A stretch of 64,000 nucleotides of DNA from Thermodesulfobacteriota bacterium (lineage in GTDB: Bacteria > Desulfobacterota > Desulfarculia > JACQYL01): positions 3,744,001 to 3,808,000 of the forward strand of contig CAXXLZ010000002.1 of the NCBI GenBank assembly GCA_963675595.2, read 5' to 3'. The position numbers were made by a program, and so were the translations under genes. The notes beneath the pieces were generated by a model. The model did not search any database. It had not been told where the DNA came from and saw nothing but the letters and a program-made list of their open reading frames with translations. Numbering within the stretch: position 1 is the stretch's first letter; the number at the start of each line of letters is the position of its first letter. Shown here piece by piece: positions 37,541 to 47,571 of the stretch.

Positions 37541-40500
37541 TCAGGCGGACTTGGCCGGTGTTGTTTCTTCTGGTGTTCCTGTTGCTGAATTCCCCGGCGT
37601 TCGGGGAACACATGGAACTGGGCGGAGTCGTGGTGGACCGGCAAACGGGCTCCGGCATCCCGGACGCGCTGGTGGAAATCGAGAACGCCTCCGGCGGAGC
37701 GGGTTATTCCCGTATGGAGACCGATGTCGAAGGAGGATTCCGCTTCGAGAACCTGCCCTCCGGCGTGCGATTTCATGTTTCGGTCACGGCGCAGGGTTAC
37801 GCCTCGACCCTGATGTCCTACTGGGAGCCGGGTTCCGGGACTGTCGAGTCCCGTTTGCGCATCGAGATGCATCCGGAAGGGAGACTCGGCGGCAAGATCA
37901 CCACGAGCCAAGGCCTTCCTTTGGAACGAGCGCGCATCGTATTGGACCAGATTTCACCGCAGCCTTTTCTGGTCAATCATTTTGAGCGGGAAACCGACCG
38001 CGGGGGGACCTACCGAATCGACGGCATCCCCCAAGGCGGCTACCGGATGGTCATCCAAAAGGAAGGGTTCCTGAACGAAGAGTTCAGGAACGTGTTCATC
38101 GCTTCGGGCAAAGACGAGGAGATGAACGTGGTCCTATATGCGCCGGCTTCCATTTCCGGCAGGGTACGGCTGGACGACGGTGAAACCCCGCTGTTCAACA
38201 TCGCGGTAACCGCCGTGGGCCCTGTTTCTTCCTTGTCCAACACGAACCCGGACGGTGAATATCTTGTTGAAAACCTCAAGCCCGGCCTCTATAGCGTGAC
38301 CGCCGCGTCGGATGGATTCAGGCCGCAGAAGAAGAGGATCGAAATCCATGTCGGGGAGGGAGAAACGGTGGAGGGCGTCGAGCTTTTGTTGAGCGCCGAG
38401 CCGTCTCAAATTCGCATCGCCATCTACCAGGATGTCTACACGTTGAATGAGCCTGTGAAGTTTGTCGTCCGAGCGTTCAACCTACCGGGGACAAAGATTC
38501 GTATCTATGAAATTCCCGAACAGGCGTGGGCGACCGATCGCAGTCGCTTCGAACGGCTGCTGGCAGGAAAGGATGACTTGAGCGGGTTAAAACAGGTTCA
38601 TGAATCCTCAATGACTTTCAGCCGCTTTCGACCGTTTTCATGGGTGAGCCGCGAGGTCACGGTGGAGTCCCCCCTAACTCCCGGGGCTTATCTTCTTCAG
38701 GTCGCGACCGACGGAGTCGAGGCCCGACACCCCATATTCATCTCCAACTTGGGCATCGCGGTTTTGCGCGGCAAGGACGATCTGTTGATCTATGCTATGA
38801 ACCTCGAAACCAACCGAGCGGAACCGGGAGCGAACGTATTCGTGTTGAATCGGGAGAAAACCGAATCCGTGGCCGTTCCGAACATCAGTCGACGTATTCT
38901 CGACACGCTCTTTCCAGCGCGATCTCTTCGGCAGGGCGTGACCGACGACTCGGGCCTGCTCCGTCTGAAGGGAATCCAGGAACCGTCGGTTCATCTCTTG
39001 GCGCTGAAGCGGGGGGTGGGATTGGCGGTGACCCACGCGTTCCTGACTCCCTATGCGGCGACCGGCGGACGTAAGGTTCTGATCTACACGGATCGGCCTG
39101 TGTATCGACCGGGGCATGAAGCGCATTTTAAGGCCCTGGTCAAGGAGTTCCGAGAAGGTGTGCCCGAACCCGCGCCCCAAGGAAAATCCATTACCGTGAC
39201 CCTGCGGGATCCCGACGGCAAGGGGGTGTTCACCGGCGAATTCGTCACGGATGATTGGGGTTGCGTTTACGGTTCCATTCCTTTGAGCGCCGATGCGCGC
39301 TTGGGAACCTATGAGCTCTTCGTGGACGGCTTCGCTTCGGGCAGGAGTGTCTTTTCCGTTCAGGCCTACCGAAAACCGGATTTTCAGGTTCGAGTGACCA
39401 CCGATCATGCCGCCTACGTTACGGGGGACCGTGTGCAGGCTCGCGTGGAAGCTCGCTATTTTCTGGGACTTCCTTTGAAAAACGCGCCCATTGAATATCG
39501 CGTGTACGAAACCTTACGGAGCCGTCCGGAAACCACCGCTTGGTGGGAGGCGTCCTACTATGATTCAGCGGGTTACCAAACCGTCATAAAACACGGCAGG
39601 GGTACGACCGATGCCCAAGGTTTTTTTGCCTTTGATTTTCTTCCGGGTCCCAAATCCTACGACCGAACGCTCACCATCGAGGCGGACGTAACCGCGCCTT
39701 CGGGGCGTGTGGAGGACGGTAGGGCGGAGACTGCGTACGAAAGGAGTCGGTACCGAGTCAAACTCGGCCTCGGGGGTTCGGTTTTCCGCACCGGCGAATC
39801 TCCTCGATTGACGGTTCGGGTAGCGAATCAGGAAGGCGATCCCGTGGAGCGGGCAAAGGTCCGCGTGTCCCTGGAACAGGAAACATGGGACCCCGTGCGT
39901 CGCCGGTATGAACGCGGGGCCACCCCGGTTTGGTCGCGGATCGTGGAGACGGGAGTCGGAGGCAAGGCGGAACTGCAGGTTCCGCTGGAAGGTCTTGAGA
40001 GTGGAAAAGCCCAACTCACGGCCGCCACCAAAGACTCCTCAGGCAACCCGGCTGCGTCGCGATGCGATTTCTGGACCTTCACCGGTACGTCGTTTAACGC
40101 CTCATATGACTATCCCGCATTGGACCTGTTTCTCGACAAAGATGCCTATCGTCCGGGAGACAAGGCCCGGCTGGTTCTTCATTCCTCCGTTCCTCAAGCG
40201 GAGGTGTTGCTGACCTTTGAAGGCGAAACCCTCCTGTCTTATCAACGCCTTGTCATGAAGGAGCCCACCCGGATTCTTGAAATCCCCGTGGAGGAATCCT
40301 TTGCACCCAATGTGCACATCTCCGCCTTGCTGCACGACGGCAAGAAACTGCACTACCGGCGAATCTCCTTGAATGTTCCCGTGGAAAGCGGTGACTTCAA
40401 CTTGTCCGCGGCCTTTGACCGCGAGGAATATGCTCCCGGGGACCCGGCGGAAGTGGTCATCCGATGCACCGGCGACGACGGGAAACCGGTGAATGCCGAC

Positions 40501-42831
40501 ATGAGTCTTGCCGTGGTGGATGAAGCCGTCTACCGCATCGCCGAAGATCGGACGCCGGACCCTGCGGACTTTTTCTACGCCTTGCGGCCGCCCTGGTTTT
40601 CACTCACGTATTCCTTCCCACTCCGCTTCATCGGGGGAGCCACGAAAGACCGGGGCGATCTGAGGGCGAGAACGAATTTTAAAGACACGGCCCTCTGGAT
40701 TCCCAACCTTCGAACGGGAACATCGGAAACGGTGAGCGCCGCCTTCACCATGCCCGATAATCTCACCACTTGGCGGGCGACCATTTTGGGGCATACCAAG
40801 GAAGGGCGTTTCGCCCTTGAGCGGACCCGCACCTTGAGCAGCAAGCCGCTGGCCGTTTCCCTGAAGCCTCCTCGTTTTCTCGTGGCGGGCGACCGCATGG
40901 AGGTCTCCGCCGTCTTGGTGAATCGGACGGAAGAACCCCTGGAAACCGCGTACGCGATGCTCACTCCCGAAGCAGGGGTCGAACTGTTGACCGAGCCCCG
41001 GCGATCCGTTTCTCTCCCCGCAGGAGGTACCGCGAGAACCTCCTGGGTGTTGTCCGCCGAAGATGCGGCAAGCGCGCGAATGACCGTTCGGGGGGGAGCC
41101 GACGGCATGGAAGATTCGGAACGCCGCGATTTTCCCATCGCCGATCCCGGCATTCCTCTGAGAGTGGGAATTTCCGGGCGAATCGAAGGCGACAGCGGAC
41201 AAGCGAGCCTTCTGATCCCTGAGGACGCCTCTCTTCGGAGGGCCGCTGCGGAAATATCGGTGACGCCGCATCCCGCTTTGGCCGCGTTCTCCGCTGTTCC
41301 TTATCTCACGGCGTTTCCCTATGGTTGTGCCGAACAGACCCTGAATGCCTTCTTGCCCGTGGCGGTCTACCTGAGCACCTTGAACGCGCTCGGTCTGGAA
41401 GTTCAGACGGAAGCGGCGCTCATCAAGAACCTCGAAGAAGGACTGGGCCGCCTGCAACGTTTTATCAACTACGACGGAGAGGTCTCCTGGGGTCCCTATT
41501 CGGACCCGGACCCCTATCTAACGGCTCTTGCCTATTTTTCCTTACTGAGAGCCGTGGATTTATTGGGTTTGGATGGAACAAAGAAGTCTTTGGACCGTGG
41601 GGCCGGGCTTTCGGAGGAAGAGACCCCGCTGCTTTCGGGGCTTCTGCGCGATCACGACGGATTAACCCGAAGAATGGAACATGCCCTGATCCGCTTTCTG
41701 GAAGCGGAGCGACGGAGGTCCATGCAGCTTTTCATCCTGCTGGCCCTGACCGAGGGCGAGTACAGAGACCCCAAGACCGCCGGCGACTTGGCTTTGCAAC
41801 TGGATGCCATGGATCCCATGGAATTGGGCATGGCCATCCCCGTATGGAAGCGGCATGGAATGGAACTCACGGTGCAGTTGGCCCTGAACAAGCTCAAGAG
41901 TTTCGCCGTGGAGACTCCTCACGGAGTGCATTTCGCCCTTTCGGATCAACAAACCCAAGACGTCGATCTGGTGGAGCAGAACGCTTTTTGTCTCATGGCC
42001 TTGACATCGGCATCTCCGGAGGACCCGCTTGTCGATTCTTTGACGAATTGGATACTGGCTCAGAGAAGAGGTCTGCAATGGCATTCCACCAGGGCGTCGG
42101 GATTGTGCTTGTTGGCCTTGTCCCGAGTGTTCGCATCGGACCCGAACCTCAAATCATTTCAAGGCGGCAGCCTGAGGGTCACGGTCAACGGGAAGGAACT
42201 CGGCGAGTTCCAACTGAGTCCCGAAACGCTGAAAGCCGGTGTGGACCCCAACATGTCCATCCCCGTCGAGTTGTTCCACGCAGGCAACAACGAAATTCGG
42301 TTCCAGGGACAAAAACTCTCTCGGGTCTATTATGCGGTGCAGGTCGATGCACATGATCGGCGCATTTTCGGCGATCCTTTCTCCGAGGGTTGCGCCGTGT
42401 ACCTGGACAAGGAACTGCATATCGGCAAGAGGGTTCTGGACAGTCAAAATCGACCGCGGATTCTGCCGGCGGACTTGTCCGAGGGGATTCATCCGGGGGA
42501 CGAAGTACTGGTTCGTGTGTCTTTTACGCCGGATCGGGATTACCGGTATTTCCTTCTGGAGGATTACCTGCCCGCCGGGTTCGAAACCGTGGATTTCGAG
42601 TCCTCGCAGGAGGTTTCTTGGTGGCCGGTCTACGCGTGGAAGGAACGGCACGACCGTCGTGTGGCCTTTTTCTTTCCTCGATTGCGCGAAGGGGAGGAGG
42701 TTTCTCTGGAATATGTGATTCGGGCGGAATCTCCGGGAATGTTTTTGGTGAAACCGGCCGTGCTCTCCGATTTTTACACTCCGGACATTCGGGCGGTGAG
42801 CCGCTCTTCGAAGATCGAGGTGCAACGATAG
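37537..42831 (+). CDS. Alpha-2-macroglobulin family protein with N-terminal carboxypeptidase-regulatory-like repeats
   Basis: YTDRPVYRPG, SLAVVDEAV, RTNFKDTALW, PDNLTTWR, YGCAEQT thioester motif, EDYLPAGFE. Confidence 0.95.
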   Translation: MIRRTWPVLFLLVFLLLNSPAFGEHMELGGVVVDRQTGSGIPDALVEIENASGGAGYSRMETDVEGGFRFENLPSGVRFHVSVTAQGYASTLMSYWEPGSGTVESRLRIEMHPEGRLGGKITTSQGLPLERARIVLDQISPQPFLVNHFERETDRGGTYRIDGIPQGGYRMVIQKEGFLNEEFRNVFIASGKDEEMNVVLYAPASISGRVRLDDGETPLFNIAVTAVGPVSSLSNTNPDGEYLVENLKPGLYSVTAASDGFRPQKKRIEIHVGEGETVEGVELLLSAEPSQIRIAIYQDVYTLNEPVKFVVRAFNLPGTKIRIYEIPEQAWATDRSRFERLLAGKDDLSGLKQVHESSMTFSRFRPFSWVSREVTVESPLTPGAYLLQVATDGVEARHPIFISNLGIAVLRGKDDLLIYAMNLETNRAEPGANVFVLNREKTESVAVPNISRRILDTLFPARSLRQGVTDDSGLLRLKGIQEPSVHLLALKRGVGLAVTHAFLTPYAATGGRKVLIYTDRPVYRPGHEAHFKALVKEFREGVPEPAPQGKSITVTLRDPDGKGVFTGEFVTDDWGCVYGSIPLSADARLGTYELFVDGFASGRSVFSVQAYRKPDFQVRVTTDHAAYVTGDRVQARVEARYFLGLPLKNAPIEYRVYETLRSRPETTAWWEASYYDSAGYQTVIKHGRGTTDAQGFFAFDFLPGPKSYDRTLTIEADVTAPSGRVEDGRAETAYERSRYRVKLGLGGSVFRTGESPRLTVRVANQEGDPVERAKVRVSLEQETWDPVRRRYERGATPVWSRIVETGVGGKAELQVPLEGLESGKAQLTAATKDSSGNPAASRCDFWTFTGTSFNASYDYPALDLFLDKDAYRPGDKARLVLHSSVPQAEVLLTFEGETLLSYQRLVMKEPTRILEIPVEESFAPNVHISALLHDGKKLHYRRISLNVPVESGDFNLSAAFDREEYAPGDPAEVVIRCTGDDGKPVNADMSLAVVDEAVYRIAEDRTPDPADFFYALRPPWFSLTYSFPLRFIGGATKDRGDLRARTNFKDTALWIPNLRTGTSETVSAAFTMPDNLTTWRATILGHTKEGRFALERTRTLSSKPLAVSLKPPRFLVAGDRMEVSAVLVNRTEEPLETAYAMLTPEAGVELLTEPRRSVSLPAGGTARTSWVLSAEDAASARMTVRGGADGMEDSERRDFPIADPGIPLRVGISGRIEGDSGQASLLIPEDASLRRAAAEISVTPHPALAAFSAVPYLTAFPYGCAEQTLNAFLPVAVYLSTLNALGLEVQTEAALIKNLEEGLGRLQRFINYDGEVSWGPYSDPDPYLTALAYFSLLRAVDLLGLDGTKKSLDRGAGLSEEETPLLSGLLRDHDGLTRRMEHALIRFLEAERRRSMQLFILLALTEGEYRDPKTAGDLALQLDAMDPMELGMAIPVWKRHGMELTVQLALNKLKSFAVETPHGVHFALSDQQTQDVDLVEQNAFCLMALTSASPEDPLVDSLTNWILAQRRGLQWHSTRASGLCLLALSRVFASDPNLKSFQGGSLRVTVNGKELGEFQLSPETLKAGVDPNMSIPVELFHAGNNEIRFQGQKLSRVYYAVQVDAHDRRIFGDPFSEGCAVYLDKELHIGKRVLDSQNRPRILPADLSEGIHPGDEVLVRVSFTPDRDYRYFLLEDYLPAGFETVDFESSQEVSWWPVYAWKERHDRRVAFFFPRLREGEEVSLEYVIRAESPGMFLVKPAVLSDFYTPDIRAVSRSSKIEVQR

Positions 42832-42919
42832 GAGAAGCACCTCGCCGGTGCCGGTCGAATAGACACCGGCCACCGTGGGGCGCTTCCGGAAAAAGCGCCC
42901 CACGGCAAAGCCGGATTAC

Positions 42920-43741
42920 CTATTTGTAGATTTTGCTGGTCTTGGCGCGAAGGCTGTCCTGGGTTTCGCCGTCCATTTCCATCTTCTTGGTGAAGAGCTC
43001 GGAAAGGTCCAGGAACCCGATGACCTTTTCCGGACAGACGTCCATGCACCGCAGGCAGAAGACGCACAGGTCCGCTCGGGCCTCACCCGATGTGGCGTCC
43101 ATGGCCCCGGAAGGGCAAAGCTCCTCGCAGAGCATGCACATCCCGCACTCGGCTCCGTCCCTTCCGGGTCTTCGCGGCAGGAGTTTGGGGACGGACGTCT
43201 CCCTCTGGTCCAGTTCCTCCACACTACAGGGCCCCAACGGCAGGGCCGCCCAATCCAGACGTTCCTCACCGGAAAAACGATCATGGATCAAGTCGGCATA
43301 TTCCCGCGCCACGTCGAAATCCGATGTAGCGGGCCGATCGGCCATGGCCTGCCAACCCACCAGGTTGTAGGTGTGCTTTCCGGGAAATTCAGCCGAGGCG
43401 ACCAGGCTGAAACCGTTTGGAGCGAGAATCCCGGCGGCGGAAAAATGGGCCGGATGGACCCCGAATCCTCCAAAGGTGAAAAACAGGGCACACGGGGTGT
43501 CTTGTCCCTTCAATCGTCCCAGCCAATTGCGAACGATTTTTGGCGCGCGCCTGTAGTAAATGGGGGAACCGATTACCACGGCCTGGTAGTTGTTCATAAC
43601 CGGAGCCGTTTCACGGGCCTCGGGAGTGGTTATGTCCAGCATGTCGACCTCGGCGCCCAGCTCAATCAACCGATCCCGAATGGTCTCGGCGATTCGCGCG
43701 GTATTCTGCGTAGCGCTGAAATAAGCCAATAGAATTTTCAT
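42920..43741 (-). CDS. EFR1-family flavodoxin-ferredoxin protein
   Basis: YFSATQNT flavodoxin loop; CGMCMLCEELCP and CVFCLRCMDVCP. Confidence 0.92.
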   Translation of the reverse strand: MKILLAYFSATQNTARIAETIRDRLIELGAEVDMLDITTPEARETAPVMNNYQAVVIGSPIYYRRAPKIVRNWLGRLKGQDTPCALFFTFGGFGVHPAHFSAAGILAPNGFSLVASAEFPGKHTYNLVGWQAMADRPATSDFDVAREYADLIHDRFSGEERLDWAALPLGPCSVEELDQRETSVPKLLPRRPGRDGAECGMCMLCEELCPSGAMDATSGEARADLCVFCLRCMDVCPEKVIGFLDLSELFTKKMEMDGETQDSLRAKTSKIYK

Positions 43742-44309
43742 TGTTTCCTGCCTTCCTTTTCGGGTTGTCTTTCAGGTTGAACAACCCCCTCGGGTGTAAT
43801 TTTATGCGCATTCAGAGGGTCTAGTTTAGCAGATTCATAGGACAATACAATCCAACCGGGAATTTTGTTAAGAACGGATTTCGCGGGTACGTGCCTTGCC
43901 ATGGACGGGGGAGATCAAGTCCCTTTTTTCTACCGGTCCTTGAGTCAATATGACTTCAATGGTTCAGAGAGGAAACCGGACCGTTTTTCGTCCCGGGAAA
44001 GAAGAAACATGGAAGGGGATTCGGTGAACTTGGATGGTCGAGACGTGCTCGGCCGGGGACGTCTTGTAGTCACCCGACGCCGGCGGCCGAGAGAGCCCGA
44101 AGAGATGATTCAATCGTGAACCCACGCGCGTCACGTTTGGGAACCGCGAGGAAAGCCCTTTGCGGGTCGTCGTTACGGATGGTCATGCCTGTGATGGATT
44201 TCGGATGGGAAAGCGCGTGTTCCGCATCAACCTACGCTCGCGGGGATGAGGCAAGAACTCAACTCTCCGATCAGACCGGCGTTGCGCCGTCGAGGCTTCC
44301 CATCCGAGA

Positions 44310-45215
44310 CTAAAAGCCCGCTTTTTGGTCCCGTTCCTCGTTCCAGCGGACCCAGTCGTTGGTATCCTCTTCCTTGGTGAAGTCTGTGGGTTTGGATGCG
44401 CGCCCTTGTGCGTCGATTCGCACCTGCTGCATGGCCCGGACGATGTAGACCCATTCCATCATGGAGACTTCCCTGGGGCCCGCCACTTCTTTAGGCCCCG
44501 CAGACGTGGCGGAGGGCCCGGACACTTCTCCCGGGCCGGATACTTCCCGAGGCGGTCCGCCCGTTCCGGAGCCCGGGGCGATTCGGGATTCCGTGGGACC
44601 GGGGGCGCCCACGGAGGAGGGACCCGCGGAAGCCGCGGCCTTGGGAGGTGACCATACTTTGATTTCTCCCGAGTAAACCCGGACGAGCGTTCCCTCCTCC
44701 GGGCTTTCATTGACCCGGTAAGTGGTGCCGCGAATGCCCGCCACCGCGTTCCGCGTATATAAGTCGAAGTTGTTCTTTACCCCGGCCAAGGATTTCACCT
44801 TGGCCCAGGTTCTCCCCGCAAACAGGGTGAACCGGATGTCCCGTTCCTTGGTTTGGGCCTGTACGTCGATGCTCGTTACGACGAAGGTGGTGGTTTCGTC
44901 GAATCGCATCAGACTGCTGTCCGGAAGCTTGAGCTCCATACGGGCGTGTTCCAGGGTCTTTACCATGTCCCCGGGTACCAGGAAGTCCCCTTCCTTCAGG
45001 TCTTCCCAATCCTTCCCATCCTTGCGATGAACCTGAGCGAGGCCCTCGAGCAGGTCCACCCGGGCTTTATCGCCCGCGATGTCCAGCTCGAAGGCCTCGT
45101 CTCCCGCCGGCGCGTTGACCGGACAGGTCCAGTCGATAAAGGCACAACAGAGGAAGCAGAGACAAAGCAGGCCGATGACTCGGCTCGGGGTGGTGCGGAC
45201 GGCTTTTGGGTGCAT
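44310..45215 (-). CDS. Exported FecR-domain protein with GPxEVS repeats
   Basis: GDMVKT..MELKLPDSSLMRFDE, TRNAVAGIRGT, VRVYSGEI. Confidence 0.88.
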   Translation of the reverse strand: MHPKAVRTTPSRVIGLLCLCFLCCAFIDWTCPVNAPAGDEAFELDIAGDKARVDLLEGLAQVHRKDGKDWEDLKEGDFLVPGDMVKTLEHARMELKLPDSSLMRFDETTTFVVTSIDVQAQTKERDIRFTLFAGRTWAKVKSLAGVKNNFDLYTRNAVAGIRGTTYRVNESPEEGTLVRVYSGEIKVWSPPKAAASAGPSSVGAPGPTESRIAPGSGTGGPPREVSGPGEVSGPSATSAGPKEVAGPREVSMMEWVYIVRAMQQVRIDAQGRASKPTDFTKEEDTNDWVRWNEERDQKAGF

Positions 45216-45316
45216 AACCTGTTCTCCGGGAGTAGGGACGCCCTTCTTGCGGAACGATGGGCGGAACAAGACTTATGGGTACTCCCGGAGGAGCGCCGGG
45301 CTCCTCCGGGCAAGGA

Positions 45317-46486
45317 TTACAGTTTCAGGAGGTTCTTGAGTCGGCGGATCACCAACAGGGCGTCCGCCCCGTCCACCGGACCTTGGGCGTTGAATTCGCC
45401 CGTGGCCAAGCTCTCCGCTTCCATGACTCCTCGGCTCGTGACCACCATGACCGCGTTGAAGTACGGTAGATCGCTTCTGAGGTCCGGGAAGGGAGAGGTG
45501 GTCCCGATGAATTCGGTGGCGAGTTTCTCGTCTCCGGTGAGCTTGATCAGGATGTCTTCAACCATAATGGCATATTCCGCCCGGTTGATGTGTTCGTCGG
45601 GATGAAAGGTGTGGTCCGGGTAAGGTTCCAGCCCCCGTACTCCCAGTTTAATGACTTCGTCGATGTCCGTTTTGAGGGGGTGTTCGCCGATGTCCACCGC
45701 GGGTTCCATTTTGACCAGGGTTTCCGTGACGAATTGTTTCTCCGGTGACTTAAAGCTCGTGTCGAAATCCTTCCGACCTCGTTTGCGATAGAGTTCGTTG
45801 AGCTTGAGTTCCTGAATGAAAAGCGCCGCCACGTCCGCACGACTGATCTTGTCGATCAATGCGATTTTCTTGCCGATGAGCGTTCCCGGCGCGGCACGTT
45901 CGATCTTCTGCACCAGTTTCCATTCTGCGTTGGCCTGGTTTACGTAATCACCGTCGATTTCGATCACTTTGGAGAACATATCGGCCGATTTGCCGAACTC
46001 GTAAGCCGCACGGTAGGCCATGCCCATGAAATAATAGGCCGGGGCGTAACGGTCGTTGAGCTTCACGGCCTTCTTGAAATGGTCTTCAGCATCTTCGACC
46101 CAATCGCCGCCTCTTTGCGCGGCGTAGATTCGGACCATGCCCACATGGTAGTCCAGTTTTTCCTGGGCGGTTTCCATGGTGTCTTCCGCTTTGTCCATGT
46201 TCTTGAATGCGGATTCGAAGTCGCCTCGCAAGGCGGCTACAATACCGAGGCCCGAAAAGGCCCGCGAGTACTCGGGCTCCAATTGGACGGCCAGATTGAA
46301 CTCTCGTTCCGCATCGTCCAAACGCTCTTCTTCCAGGAGCCTGAGGCCGGTGAGAACATGGTGCTCCGGCGTATCCATCGCGCCGGTGGGTTTTCGAATC
46401 TCGGGCTTTTCGGCGCAGGAGGCCACGAGCAGCAAAGCACCTATAGCCATGAACACCGTAAGAAACCTTGCTCGTCTTCTCATCAT
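45317..46486 (-). CDS. TPR + S-layer homology (SLH) domain lipoprotein
   Basis: Lipobox VASC; TPR helices; ISRADVA, YPDHTFHPDEHINRAEYA, FPDL..FNAQGPVDGADA. Confidence 0.85.
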   Translation of the reverse strand: MMRRRARFLTVFMAIGALLLVASCAEKPEIRKPTGAMDTPEHHVLTGLRLLEEERLDDAEREFNLAVQLEPEYSRAFSGLGIVAALRGDFESAFKNMDKAEDTMETAQEKLDYHVGMVRIYAAQRGGDWVEDAEDHFKKAVKLNDRYAPAYYFMGMAYRAAYEFGKSADMFSKVIEIDGDYVNQANAEWKLVQKIERAAPGTLIGKKIALIDKISRADVAALFIQELKLNELYRKRGRKDFDTSFKSPEKQFVTETLVKMEPAVDIGEHPLKTDIDEVIKLGVRGLEPYPDHTFHPDEHINRAEYAIMVEDILIKLTGDEKLATEFIGTTSPFPDLRSDLPYFNAVMVVTSRGVMEAESLATGEFNAQGPVDGADALLVIRRLKNLLKL

Positions 46487-46526
46487 CCCATCCTCCCTTC
46501 TCGTAGGGGACACCCGTTTTTTCCGG

Positions 46527-47483
46527 TTAGTCCAGCACAATCATGGCCCGGCATTGGCGCAGGAAGGACAATGTTTCCGACGCGTCGCGCAGTGAGTTCG
46601 CGGCTTCGTTGCTGATCACCACATTGGTCTTGGCGGTGCCGGCCGCGGCTTTGGCATGAATGGTCACGGGATTGTTGGTCACTCGCTGATTGCTTTGAGC
46701 GGCGTTGAGGTCCTTGGCATACCCCACCATGCCGTACTGAACGGCCCATTGGCGGTCCACAAAGGCGGAGCCGTAGACTTCCCGTCCGTCTTCGTCCAGC
46801 ACTCTCGGGCTCATGCAAGGCCTTACACCCATACCGCGGGCGTCGATGACCAGCCCGGTGTAAACCACTCCGGGTTGAGCCACGGGTTCGGCCTTGGCCG
46901 GTTCCGAAGGAGCGGGTTGCGCAGGGGCGGCCTGAGGTTGCACGGGTTGGGGCTGAGCGGGCTGGGGGGCGACGGGTTGAGGAGCGACGGGCTGCGGGTG
47001 CACGGGCTGGGATGCAGGCTTGGAGGGCTCGGCAGCGCCGAGAATCATGTCCGTGAACCGGCCGTACATGTTCATGATCATCTTGATTTCGACCGTCCCG
47101 TCTTCCAGGTAGCGGGTGTTGAGGATCCTGGCGCCTCGAATCATACCGTCCACCTGAGCACGGATCACATCGCTCTGAGTCATGAAGTCCTGCACCGTGG
47201 TGTTGGAATTGACCTGGACGCCTTTGGTGATTTCGAGAAGATTGCGGTACGCGTCCAAGGTGGCGGCCCGGAGCGCCATGGGCCTGGCGGCGGGCTTGCC
47301 CTGCAGGTGTTCCGGGGGCGCGCCGATACCGGTCACGGTGATGTTCCCGTCACCCCAATTGACGCTGCCACCGGCGGTTTGTTCCACATAGCCCCATTGC
47401 CACTGGGCCTCCGCGACCCCCATGAACAGGAAGACGGATAGGAGAATCAACGCCGCGATTCCCATCGGTGATTTCCGTGTCAT
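46527..47483 (-). CDS. LPP20-like exported protein with Pro/Gln linker
   Basis: VNWGDG..TGIGAP, ALRAATLDAYRNLLE..GVQV, YTGLVIDARG; (PQPVA)n linker. Confidence 0.8.
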   Translation of the reverse strand: MTRKSPMGIAALILLSVFLFMGVAEAQWQWGYVEQTAGGSVNWGDGNITVTGIGAPPEHLQGKPAARPMALRAATLDAYRNLLEITKGVQVNSNTTVQDFMTQSDVIRAQVDGMIRGARILNTRYLEDGTVEIKMIMNMYGRFTDMILGAAEPSKPASQPVHPQPVAPQPVAPQPAQPQPVQPQAAPAQPAPSEPAKAEPVAQPGVVYTGLVIDARGMGVRPCMSPRVLDEDGREVYGSAFVDRQWAVQYGMVGYAKDLNAAQSNQRVTNNPVTIHAKAAAGTAKTNVVISNEAANSLRDASETLSFLRQCRAMIVLD

Positions 47484-47571
47484 ATCTGCAACTCCTTTTA
47501 TATTGATAAGTTACGACAATAGTGAGCCGTTCGGAACGTCGAGATGAACCGGTCCGTATCCCCTCCTTTCG

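Noticed and set aside
43750-44300. Gap between the FecR and EFR1 genes with short ORFs
   Set aside because: No coding signal or repeat structure that I can support
46870-47030. Short tandem DNA repeats, checked as a possible array
   Set aside because: They encode the in-frame PQPVA linker; no repeat-spacer organisation and no cas genes
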